DNA from: the human T2T-CHM13v2.0 reference genome, Homo sapiens
Strand: one strand, 5' to 3'
DNA length: 64,000 nt
Assembly: GCF_009914755.1 (NCBI RefSeq)
Contig: NC_060940.1
The notes under the pieces were generated by a model. That model searched no databases, was not told the DNA's origin, and was given only the letters and a program-made list of their open reading frames with translations. Position numbers and translations under genes: made by a program. Positions 48,998 to 64,000 of this stretch are shown here, one piece after another (position 1 is the stretch's first letter; every line of letters begins with the position of its first letter).

Positions 48998-49090
48998 CTT
49001 CTGCTAGGTGGAAAAGCAGACACGCTTATAAGCTACTCAAGTTTTTTATTAAAACCATTGACTGTTGGATTTCATCAATCCAAAATAGCA
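48998..49090 (-). other. Candidate non-coding exon (93 nt), ANKRD11 exon-2-like
   Basis: ttctacag|TGCTATTTTGGATTGATGAAA...TTTTCCACCTAGCAGAAG|gtaagg; strong donor, weak acceptor tract. Confidence 0.45.
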
Positions 49091-49715
49091 CTGTAGAATC
49101 CTTCCAGATGGCACAATGACTTGTAAACAGCATCTCCATAAAGCAGAAGCCTGAAGACTCAGTCCTATCACAGCCAGAGCTGTGTGCGAACAGACAAGCC
49201 CTGAGAAGTGTGCCAGCAAGAGACCCTGCCCCAGCTCCCCACGCCTCGACCACCGAGTCAAGGGCATGAAGGGCTTGGCAGTGAGGGCAGGAGGGTGGCC
49301 CCACCCTGGGAGCCCTGTATCGACTGGGTGCTCTGGAGGCCGCCCGTGGTGACAGGCCAGGGCTGCTTTCAGACCTCCTGGAAGGTGCAGGAGCCACAGA
49401 AGGCCCCAGTGACATGGAGGAGGTGTCTGCCCTGCCAAGAGCAGCGAGGGTGGGAGAGGTAGGTCACACAGCCACCACCAAACAATGGTGAAGAAGGCCC
49501 ACTAAGGACACTGCTCAGCAAGGAAACACACAGGAAGATCTGGAGTGCCAAGTTAAAAAAAAAAAAAGCATCTCTCAAGGGAGAGGCCTGAATGGTGGGA
49601 GTGCCCCTCGAACAGAAGGAAGGGGCTGCGTCTGTGGTGAGGGGACAGCAGAGGGATAGTCAGGCCTCCCACTCTGCACCACAGGTCTGTGAAGTTTCTA
49701 TTAAGACTGTGCTTG

Positions 49716-50361
<646 letters not shown>

Positions 50362-50618
50362 TCATCTGTTAGGTTCCTTTTTTAAACTTCAGACTTACAA
50401 AAAAGTTGCAAAAATAGTTCAGAGTCCCTGTACAGCCTTACCCAGCTTCCCTAATGCTAACATCATACATAAACATAACCACAGTGAAATTATCTAATTC
50501 CAAAATCAGCACTAACACCAGACTATTCACCACCACAAAGACCTGACTCCGACGCAATCACCCTGCTCCAGGGCCCACGCGGGTGGTGCCGGGTGCTCTC
50601 TTCTCTCCATGAGGCTGA

Positions 50619-50754
50619 TTTTTTTTTTTTTTTTTTTTTTGAGACGGAGTCTTGCTCTGTTGGTCAGGCTGGTCTTGAACTCCTGACCTCGTGATCTGCC
50701 CGCCTTGGCCTCCCAAAGTACTGGGATTATAAGCGTGAGCCACCACGCCCAGCC
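50619..50754 (-). mobile_element. Alu collapsed to a monomer by internal deletion
   Basis: gagtcttgctctgtt|ggtcaggctggtcttgaac; TSD ctccatgagg(c/t)tgattttt. Confidence 0.9.
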
Positions 50755-51239
50755 TCCATGAGGTTGATTTTTAATGTCTTGAAAATCGACACGGAATAGA
50801 AAATAAGCAAGATTTGCGTTTCCCTGTGGTGCTGTCGAACGCACACACGTCACAAAAAAGCCCACGAGATGACAAAAAAGCCTGAATGCTGCATGTGTGT
50901 CTCTGACTGGGAATAAGGATCACTGGAAAATATTTGCACCTGAGAAGATGGGGCTGAAGGAGGCTGCATAGAGCAGGAGCCCTGCGATGAGCCGGGGACC
51001 CCCTTGGAGGTTTAGCGGACAGGACGTCATCCACACAAAGAAGAGCCGGCAGGTCCCGGGCTCACACAGGTCTGGAATGGTGCCACTGCCCAGCCAGATC
51101 CCTGTCCGCAGCCCTGGGAAGAAGGTTCTGGAAGGCACTGCCACAGCCCGGGGAATGATGAACCCAAAACTGAACCAAGCTCCAGCCTGTCTCACAAATC
51201 CTAAAAGCAACAGCTGAAAGGGACAAAAAGGTTCCAAGG

Positions 51240-53090
51240 AACTATGTGGATCCCAGAACAAAGCCCAAGATGACTTACAGGAATATACAATTATCCAGCA
51301 CATAATGAGGTAAAATTCACAATGTCCAGCATCCCATCAAATATTCTCAGGCATGGAAGGTGGAACAATTTGAGCAAAAAATAAATAGGACAGCAATGGA
51401 TTACAGTGCTGGAGTGCAGTGGTACGACAGCCTCCAGGGCTCAGGCAATCCTCCCACCTCAGCCTTCTGAGTGGCTGGGATGACAGATACACGCCACTAC
51501 GTCTGGCTAATTTTTTTTTTTTTACTTTTAGTAGAGATGAGGTCTCCTTACGTTGCCCAGTCTGGTCTCAAACTCCTGGGCTCAAGCAATCTTCCCACCT
51601 TGGCTTCCTACAGTGCTGGGATTACAGGCGTGAGCCACCACACCCGACCTACAACTTTGCTGTAAACCTAAAATTTTTCAAAAATAAAAAGTATATTGAA
51701 AAAAATTCCTGGGCATGTAAATAAGAAAATATGATTACATAGGAGAAAAAAAAGTCAATCAAAAGCTACCCAGAATTGACACAGAAGGCAAAATTAGTAG
51801 ATGGAGACATGAAATCGTGTAACTCAGTTCCTCCCCACGGTCAAAAACTAAAAACACGGAAGCTAGGAAAAGACACTGGAATGAACCTCTAGAGATGAAG
51901 ATGACGCTGTGTGAGACGAAAATCACACTGGGTGGGATTCACAGAAGAACAGGCATTCAGAAGATCTGTGAACTCAGAGAAACGGCATGTCAACAACTCA
52001 AACATGAGCAAAAACACTGAGTGTGGCAGGGAGCACCGAGAGAGAAGATCACTGGGGCAAACACCGAGTGTGGCGGGGAGCACCGAGAGAGAAGATCACT
52101 GGGGCAAACACCGAGTGTGGCGGGGAGCACCGAGAGAGAAGATCACTAGGGCAAACACCGAGTGTGGCGGGGAGCACCGAGAGAAAGAAGATCACTGGGG
52201 CGAACACCGAGTGTGGCGGGGAGCACCGAGAGAGATCACTGGGGCGAACACCGAGTGTGGCGGGGAGCACCGAGAGAGAAGATCACTGGGGCGAACACCG
52301 AGTGTGGCGGGGAGCACCGAGAGAGAAGATCACTGGGGCGAACACCGAGTGTGACGGGGAGCACCGAGAGAAAGAAGATCACTGGGGCGAACACCGAGTG
52401 TGGCGGGGAGCACAGACAGAGAAGATCACTGGGGCGAACACCGAGTGTGGCGTGGAGCACAGACAGAGAAGATCACTGGGGCGAACACCGAGTGTGGCGG
52501 GGAGCACCGAGAGAGAAGATCACTGGGGCGAACACCGAGTGTGGCGGGGAGCACCGAGAGAGAAGATCACTGGGGCGAACACCGAGTGTGGCGGGGAGCA
52601 CCGAGAGAGAAGATCACTGGGGCGAACACCGAGTGTGGCGTGGAGCACAGACAGAGAAGATCACTGGGGCGAACACCGAGTGTGGCGGGGAGCACTGAGA
52701 GAGAGAAGATCACTGGATCAAACCCCGAGTGTGGCGTGGGTGAGGTGCAGGAGCCTAACCAACGGTAAGGGGTGCTCCCAAAGGAGGTGGAGGGCAGAAA
52801 AAAATACGTGAAGGAATAAAGCCTGAACATTTCCACATTTTGATGAAAACTGTAAACTCTAGTGATCCAAGAAGCTCAACAAATCCCAATCACAAAACAT
52901 GGAGAACCTGACCAAGGCACATCACAGAGGTGAAAAGAAAATCTTAAAGGCAGTCAAAGGTGAGAAACTAGGTAAAGAAGAACAGGCAAAAGGGACGACA
53001 GGTTCTCGGGGAAACAGTGAGCACACAGCCAGGGGCCAGCACCCGTAAGTCCTGCAGAAAAACACCTGTGAAAATCTTTCAAAAACAATG
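51240..53090 (+). mobile_element. Old L1 5'/ORF1 remnant hosting an AluJ (51407-51650, -) and the 47-bp VNTR
   Basis: gaaggaataaagcctgaacatttccacattttgatgaaaac..atccaagaagctcaacaaatccc..ccaaggcacatc resembles ORF1 EEIMAENFPNL..QEAQ..PRHII. Confidence 0.7.
52013..52740. repeat. 47-bp CpG-rich VNTR, ~15 copies (44- and 49-bp variants)
   Basis: caccgagagagaagatcactggggcgaacaccgagtgtggcggggag. Confidence 0.97.
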
Positions 53091-53109
53091 CTGCTGGTAA
53101 TGGTTGTCT

Positions 53110-53905
<796 letters not shown>

Positions 53906-54050
53906 CTCAGAACCCCTACTAACTGAGCTTAGAAATACATGAAGTCAAGCTACACAGACAGATACACAAAACCACAAACTCAGTAATGATTTTAATACCC
54001 TGTTCTCAATCACTGAGAGGACAAGCTGACAGAGAATCAGTAAGCACACT

Positions 54051-54656
54051 TGTAAGAAGTAAAGCAGAGGTTCCTCTTCAAAGACTTTCCTCCCCATCTA
54101 ACTAAAAATAAATAGTAACTTCTCTTAAAAGCAACATTTATTCAAAGACCTGTACTGACATTCTTAAATATCTGCTAGCCTTAATAAAGAAATCAATGTA
54201 CTTTATGTTCTTAGCTCCCACAATTTAGCCTAAATATCTGCCCTGGCATGCTTATACTGGTCGAAGCAAGCATTAGGTCACGGCCTGTTCCTCTTCCTTA
54301 GTTGAAGGTGTTTTTACCTTTCTCAGCATTCCACAAATTACTTCCTCCTTCCTTTGTTCTCCTCTGCCTTTGCCTCTTTTAAAAAGTTCTAAGTTGCTAG
54401 CCAATCGGGACAAATACAGAATGTGAGGTCCCGTTCCAGCCAATGGAAACCGGACACAGCAGTTGGTATAAAAAAACCGGACACAGCGTCAGGTTATAAA
54501 TGACCCTGGTCTCCTTCATTCGGTGTACTCTCGTGGCAAAACTGCAGGCGAGTGTACCCTTTCTGCAGAAGGTATAAAAAATGGCCTTGCTGAGGAAATT
54601 AAATTTACGTTCAAGTGCTATTTCTTTACGGCACCAGGGAGCAAGCATTTCAAACA
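54051..54656 (+). mobile_element. ERV1 solo LTR, LTR10C-like (copy 2)
   Basis: tgtaagaagtaaagcagagg...tttcaaaca; 4-bp TSD cact. Confidence 0.88.
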
Positions 54657-55615
54657 CACTGATGGCCCATTCCTGAAGGATCACAAGAAGCTAAAATTCA
54701 TTACCTGTATAAGGGAGTTTAAGTTAGATTTTCACCCTTTTCATGTTTTCTTACATTTTCTACAATGGGTAAACGATGGAAATAAGAAAAACAATGTTTA
54801 TGTTTTGAAAATGTCTCAATGGGTCTGCCAGTTCATGTTTTCCATGAGCAGCACTGTGATGCCACGCTGAGATGCTCCAGGGTCCATGCAGTTCAAGAAC
54901 ATGGTCGTGATGTGTTGAAGCAGACCTGTCTTGGTTGTCCCTCAGATCCCAGCTACAGAAGTTAACGATCAACTCAGCATCTGTAATGCACTTCGGATGT
55001 CAGCCTACAAGAGCAGACCCAATCAACATGGTTGAGTTCACAGACAACGGTATCTAGGATGTCCGGCACACCCAGAACCTGCACTTAAGCAAACTCGTGG
55101 ATAGGAAGTCCCCCAAGGCTGCTTTTCTCTAAACACTAGGTTAGGAAAAAAGAAAACTGGGAATACATTTAACCGACTCCATCAACTACATAAGAAAGCA
55201 CCTTTGAGAGTGAACTTGTGTCTAATCACCACCTTGGGACCTGCCTGCATCTGAAATGAGTGAGTGATCTACAGTCACCAAGGCCCTTTCTGTTTCCCCA
55301 AAAATTCCTTTTCTAAACTCCAGCCTATTTCTTCACATTCTACTTCTTATTCAAGGCCTATGCAAATGCTAACCCTCAGTGGAGCCTCCGGCAAGCCCAG
55401 TCCCCAGGAAACACGGTCTCCCTCCCTCTTCTTCACCTGCATACCTTCTCTCACAGGAGCCTCTGGAAGTCTCCCTCAGGACCTGGCACCTTCTTGCTAC
55501 ATCATAAATACCTTGAGAGCACGACGCCAGCCTCATTCACCTGTTCCCACAGGTGACATGGCTCCCACCCTGGGACCAAGAGAGTCCACTGTACACATTA
55601 AACTTTAGTTTCCTC

Positions 55616-55966
<351 letters not shown>

Positions 55967-56634
55967 TAGTTTCCTCTTAGGTGGAGTAATCACGTCCACC
56001 TCAGAGGATTTGTAAGGGTTAGAAGGGGAAGCAGCCGGGCCGATGGAAACATGCAGGAACTATCCCAGCTGGGCCTATTGCCCTTCATTCTGGAATCTGG
56101 CAGAGCTCTGCATGGCATCTCGCATGAAACAGGCTCTAAGTATTTAATGAATAGGAGGAGACATGTCAGACAGTGGGAATAATCATGCTGATCTGCATGA
56201 GGAAAATGTGTCAAAAAACAAAAGCCAAAAAGTCACGAAGAAAGTGCTTGTAATAGAGACTAGTTTACTTGTGAGGGCTACGAATAAGTGAAGCTCAAAC
56301 CACTAGGTGCCAAACATGAAAGTGGGTTCCCAGACCCCAGTGTTTGCTGACTGCAACACAGCGGTGCCTGCAGCTCACAGGGTGCTCCTCCCCGCCTCCC
56401 TAGCCCTCCTGGAGACTCCACCCATCACAGTCCCAGGTTCCAGGCAGGCTTCCCAGGCCACTCAGCTGCTGCAAGCACAATGTCCTCCTGAGGTCAACGG
56501 GCAGGTGGCAGGAGCCTCTGACCTGCTTCCCTCCACGACATGGGCACGTTCTGGGACTGCAGTTCCACAGTGGTCTCCCATGTCCCTGGAAAGCAGCCGT
56601 CCGCCTCTCCTCCACACCTGCCACACTGCTCTCA

Positions 56635-57075
<441 letters not shown>

Positions 57076-58179
57076 TCAAGGATGCTGTAAAATTACACAC
57101 AGCCATCTCCATAATATATGGCCCCGAGAGTTACACACATGAGGTTATTGAGTTATTTTTCAAACGTCCAGACTCCTCATTTCCAATTAAGGCAGGTTGG
57201 CTGTAGCACTGTTGGAAAGCCTAAAGCTTTGTTTGCAGCCAATTCAGAGGCGACAGTTTTTCCAAGGCTACTTAGAGCTGATGAGAGAACCCCCTGTTAA
57301 AAAGATCTCCAAACCAGCAAATACATCACGGTATGATTTTAAGTCACTGCAATCCAGATCATCTTAAAAGTTCTGCAGGATTTGGAAAAACAAAGACAAA
57401 TTATTAAACCAAGTGACCAGGCTGAAGCACAGGACAAGATGAAAGAGGGCCAAGAACAGGCAACACCACCACTCAAACGATCCAAGAGACTCCTGGTCTA
57501 AAAAGTTAGAGGCTTGGTCAATTTTAAGGCAGCGTCTTAACAGAAAGAATTATGCAAGCCAAGTAAACTGGCTGAGCCCCAGGGAAGGGCTGCGTACTGC
57601 CAGAGGAATGGGCTGGACTCTTTCCAGCTCCGTAATCCTGGGAGCAGCGTCGGTGTGGAAGGAACCCTGACGGCAAGCTGTTACATAAGAGCCCAGTCCT
57701 GCACTGCGGGGACATGGTCCGCTTGCTACTGGCATGCAAAGATCAAAGAGAGGAGACAGCGCTGGGATGCCAGCCCACGGCTGGGACACGTGCTGCTTCT
57801 GTGAGCATGCGCCCAGGAACAGACGCACAGACCCACCCGAACGGGGAACCGAATCTTACTTGTCCATGAGAATCCCAGGAGGGGACCAATGGGCCATCAC
57901 ATTGGAACCCTCTGAAACTGCACACACATTTGCAAGCATAGGTATCAGGGGAGGTAAGTGATACAGACTCTTCTAAGGGTGTGAAATGTTTGAAAAGTTG
58001 TCAATAAGCACACAGACTGACCTGATTCATTCAACAACATTTTCTCACCCAGCACACAGACTGAATAGCTTGGTACACTTGCTTCCCAGGTGTAAAACTA
58101 CCTGCTTAATAACAATGCCTTCTCAGCTGGGTGACACCGCACTGATGAGCCAGTTCACTGGAGGACTGCTGGGGTGGTG

Positions 58180-59550
<1,371 letters not shown>

Positions 59551-60391
59551 GGGGAGCACGGGAGACACAGCCATCAAGGCATCCACCTCCAGGACAGACA
59601 CCAGCCAAGAACCCCCTCAGGGCAAGGCCTCTCACAAGTCCAACTCCACGGATTCCACCGTAAGTGCTGTCAACTGGATGCGCATTTACAAAATCTGAGT
59701 TTTCTCAAAGAAGCTGAAGCTTTCCGTGTCCTCAGTGATTCTGGACTCCCAGCGCCGTACCACTCCCTGCCAGCCACACAGGGGGACCCACAGGAAGCAG
59801 GCCTTCCCCGTGGCGGGCCTTGCTGCTATCCGCGCTCCTTTCTGTGCAGTCGTCCCTGACGGGGAAGGGTTGAGCCCAGCCAAGTGGATCCCTGGCTGCA
59901 GGACAAAGGTGTGCATGGCAAGGGGCCCACCTGCCTCAGGCTGAGGCATAAACTTTCCCTTTTCACTCAGGAAGGGTAAGACACAGTTCCCAGTTTTACA
60001 GTGTGCTTTTGTGGATGCTGACCCGGTACTGCTCTTGGAATGTCAAGATGAAGATGATGCAGAAGCCTCTCCTCTGAGCATCTTCTGATTGACAGGCAAG
60101 GGACTGGAGTGGAGCCCTTGGCAGCAGGCGGTGGCCAGGGACAAGCGGCCCGTGCCACGTCTCCCAGCTAGCTCACCACCAGCACACAAACCTTCGTCCT
60201 GGGCATGGGACTCTCCATCCCTGGTCAAAGCAGGTGCCTCGGGTGGCAACACAGGACCCTCAGACACTGATCTCCTGTTGTTGAATCGGTGCAATATTCA
60301 CCCACCAAAAACAACCACAAAGCGCCTGTCACCAGTGACAATGTAGCACTGTCTATGTGAATAAAATTAAATTGTGTTTGGAGAATCTGGT

Positions 60392-60818
60392 GACGCTGTG
60401 AAACAGCTGAAGATTACCTGTAACCTCAGCGCTCTGGGAGGCTGACAAGAGGGACACTGTGAAACAGCTGAAGACTACCTGTGACCTCAGCACTCTGGGA
60501 GGCTGACATGAGGGACACTGTGAAACAGCTGAAGATTACCTGTGACCTCAGCACTCTGGGAGGCTGACATGAGGGACACTGTGAAACAGGTGAAGATTAC
60601 CTGTGACCTCAGCACTCTGGGAGGCTGACATGAGGGACACTGTGAAACAGCTGAAGACTACCTGTGACCTCAGCACTCTAGGAGGCTGACATGAGGGACG
60701 CTGTGAAACAGATGAAGATTACCTGTGATCTCAGCACTCTGGGAGGCTGACAAGAGGGACACTGTGAAACAGCTGAAGATTACCTGTAACCTCAGCACTC
60801 TGGAAGGCTGACATGAGG
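60392..60818. repeat. 61-bp minisatellite, 7 copies, derived from an Alu 5' junction
   Basis: gacactgtgaaacagctgaagattacctgtgacctcagcactctgggaggctgacatgagg at 60392, 60453, 60514, 60575, 60636, 60697, 60758. Confidence 0.95.
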
Positions 60819-61080
60819 ACTGCTTGAGCCCAGGAGTGTGAGACCAGCCTGGGCAACACAGGGAGACCCCATCTCTTAAAAAAAATTTTTTTTTAACAAA
60901 ACAATAAAAAAACAAAAATAGCTGGGTGTGTTGGCACCTGCCTGTGGTTTCAGATACTCAGGGGGCTGAGGCAGGAGGAAGGTTTGAGCCCGGGAGGTTG
61001 AGGCTGCAGTGAGCTATATGACTGTGCCACTGCACTCCAGCCTCAGTGACAGAGAGAGATTGTGTGTCCAAAAAAAAAAA
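60785..61080 (+). mobile_element. AluJ
   Basis: gcttgagcccaggagtgtgagaccagcctgggcaac; polyA. Confidence 0.9.
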
Positions 61081-61559
61081 TCCCAATACACTGTTAGTGT
61101 CTCAAGCCCAGGTTAGAAATTACTCGTCTAGTCTCTGACAGAAAAATCAGGTGGGCTAAGCAAAGGTGCTTTCTGGCCCAGGAGTACAGATGCAGTGGCA
61201 GGCACATGGCTCAGCTGGCTGTGCACAGCCACCCAGGATCCTGGGGCAGTCTCTGGACAAGGCCTCAAAGACCCCAGACAGACTCCCATCATCCCTCTCT
61301 CCCATCAGCATCATCAGTTTTTTAAAATTGTTAACAAGCTCCATGCTCTGTGAGACGCAGTTTCCAAGCAAGGCATTTTCAGTGTTGCCTCAACAGAAAC
61401 TGCATCATCCCTGAACACTGACCTCCTGTCACAGCCCAGGTGGCTCCGAACACGGAGCAGGAGCATGATGACACAGCACGAGTCCACGCAAGGACACCTC
61501 CTCATCAAGACAAGTCAGAGGCAGAACCGAGTTCAGGGGCCAGTGGCTGGCTTTGTTTA

Positions 61560-62142
61560 TTCTTCATTTATCCGTAAGAGAAGCCCAGAGAGACAACTAC
61601 AAGTGACCCAAGACACTCATAGGTGAGTGGATTAAACACCCGGCGTCCATCCAGACAACAGAATATTACCAGGCCCTGAAAAGACAAAAAAGGACCATAG
61701 ACGCATGCTGCTGAGTGAAAGCAGCCCGTCTCCAAGGACTACACGCTGTACGGTTCCGACTCTGACATCCAGGAAAGGGCAAAACCGTGCAGACAGCACA
61801 AAGATCAGCGAATGCCAGGGGCTGGGGAGAGGGAGGGACGGAGGGATGTGCAGCAGGAACACGGGGGACCTGGGGCAGTGAAACTACTCTGTATGATACC
61901 ACAACGGTGGGTCCACATCAGGATACGTTCATCCAACCATAGACTGCACAGCACCCGGTGGACCCTGAGGTCGTGCGGCCTGTGGGTGATGATGACACTG
62001 TCTCCAGGGCGGTCGCGACTATAACAAATGGCCGCTCTTGTGGGGATGCTGAGCCCAGGGGTGCGGGGGAACCCTCTGTAATTTATGTTCTATTTTGCTG
62101 TGAACCTAAAGCTAATATAAAAAATAAAGTCTACTTTTTTAA
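61560..62142 (+). mobile_element. L1MC1-like 3' end
   Basis: gggcagtgaaactactctgtatgatac; ttttgctgtgaacctaaa..aaaataaagtcta. Confidence 0.82.
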
Positions 62143-62290
62143 AGTGACCATCCTGTCAGAAAGACAAAATGGTCCCAGAGCACAGGGCTTGGATTCACAC
62201 AGCACAGAATCGGCTCCCAGAGCACAGGAAGGTCCAGTGCACCAGGACCAAGAAGCAGAGTAAGCCGAGTGACACAAGAGAGGGCAGCCT

Positions 62291-63391
62291 CTGCCCCAGG
62301 CTTCCTGCGCTGGGGGCCGGTCATCTGCTGCCCCAGGCTTCCCTGCGCTGGAGGCTGGTCATCTGCTGCCCCAGGCTTCCCTGCGCTGGGGGACGGTCAT
62401 CTGCTGCCCCAGGCTTCCCTGCGCTGGGGGACGGTCATCTGCTGCCCCAGGCTTCCCTGCGCTGGGGGACGGTCATCTGCTGCCCCAGGCTTCCCTGCGC
62501 TGGGGGACGGTCATCTGCTGCCCCAGGCTTCCCTGCGCTGGGGGACGGTCATCTGCTGCCCCAGGCTTCCCTGCGCTGGGGGACGGTCATCTGCTGCCCC
62601 AGGCTTCCCTGCGCTGGGGGACGGTCATCTGCTGCCCCAGGCTTCCCTGCGCTGGGGGACGGTCATCTGCTGCCCCAGGCTTCCCTGCGCTGGGGGACGG
62701 TCATCTGCTGCCCCAGGCTTCCCTGCGCTGGGGGACGGTCATCTGCTGCCCCAGGCTTCCCTGCGCTGGGGGACGGTCATCTGCTGCCCCAGGCTTCCCT
62801 GCGCTGGGGGACGGTCATCTGCTGCCCCAGGCTTCCCTGCGCTGGGGGCCGGTCATCTGCTGCCCCAGGCTTCCCTGCGCTGGGGGATGGTCATCTGCTG
62901 CCCCAGGCTTCCCTGCGCTGGGGGCCGGTCATCTGCTGCCCCAGGCTTCCCTGCGCTGGGGGCCGGTCATCTGCTGCCCCAGGCTTCCCTGCGCTGGGGG
63001 ATGGTCATCTGCTGCCCCAGGCTTCCCTGCGCTGGGGGCCGGTCATCTGCTGCCCCAGGCTTCCCTGCGCTGGGGGCCGGTCATCTGCTGCCCCAGGCTT
63101 CCCTGCGCTGGGGGCCGGTCATCTGCTGCCCCAGGCTTCCCTGCGCTGGGGGCCGGTCATCTGCTGCCCCAGGCTTCCCTGCGCTGGGGGCCGGTCATCT
63201 GCTGCCCCAGGCTTCCCTGCGCTGGGGGACGGTCATCTGCTGCCCCAGGCTTCCCTGCGCTGGGGGCCGGTCATCTGCTGCCCCAGGCTTCCCTGCGCTG
63301 GGGGCCGGTCATCTGCTGCCCCAGGCTTCCCTGCGCTGGGGGCCGGTCATCTGCTGCCCCAGGCTTCCCTGCGCTGGAGGCTGGTCATCTG
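62291..63391. repeat. 38-bp GC-rich VNTR, ~29 copies
   Basis: tgccccaggcttccctgcgctggggg(ac/cc/at)ggtcatctgc. Confidence 0.98.
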
Positions 63392-63667
63392 ACGGGAACC
63401 CCTGCAGCCACCTGGACCAGCTGCACACACCTTGGACGCCTGTCGCCCTCCACCCTCTGCAGACACCCTCTCACAGGCTCCACCCTGCTCGGGTTCACAG
63501 ACACATCCCCCGTCTGCCCCGGGGCTGCCTGGCATGGCACCCAAGACCAAGATGGAAAGGGAGGCCCCGCGTGTGGGTGGACAAATCCACAACACGCTGG
63601 CCCTCAAGTTGTCTCAGTAATGTTATATATTTCTCTCTCCCCCCCACCCGCCCTCCCCCTCCCCAGA

Positions 63668-63984
<317 letters not shown>

Positions 63985-64000
63985 TAATGCTAAGCTTTAA

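Noticed and set aside
51911-52836. Overlapping ORFs up to 262 aa
   Set aside because: Translations of the 47-bp VNTR, with frame-shifting unit variants.

Overview
Primate (most likely human) nuclear DNA: GC-rich, very Alu-dense (about 45 Alu/monomer copies or fragments) and minisatellite-rich. I find no credible protein-coding exon, bacterial-type system or CRISPR array. The long ORFs in the track come from VNTRs, Alus or a decayed Tigger2 transposase. The window appears to lie inside one long intron of a minus-strand gene. My tentative call is ANKRD11 (16q24.3), from memory only and unverified, because 48998-49090(-) resembles its non-coding exon 2. Main points: (1) two co-oriented LTR10C-like solo LTRs 29.2 kb apart, each with its own 4-bp TSD, yet ~98% identical with a 282-bp perfect core, suggesting gene conversion; (2) an exon-like 93-nt segment that may be a diverged duplicate of a 5'UTR exon; (3) a branchpoint-CAG|GTAATG recursive-splice-like site; (4) five VNTRs, two of which arose within retroelements and carry arrays of splice-like signals; (5) a near full-length Tigger2 with nested FAM/Alu insertions; (6) two cases of two Alus inserted at the same target site. 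Repeat subfamily names are by-eye matches to remembered consensus sequences and need RepeatMasker/Dfam confirmation.
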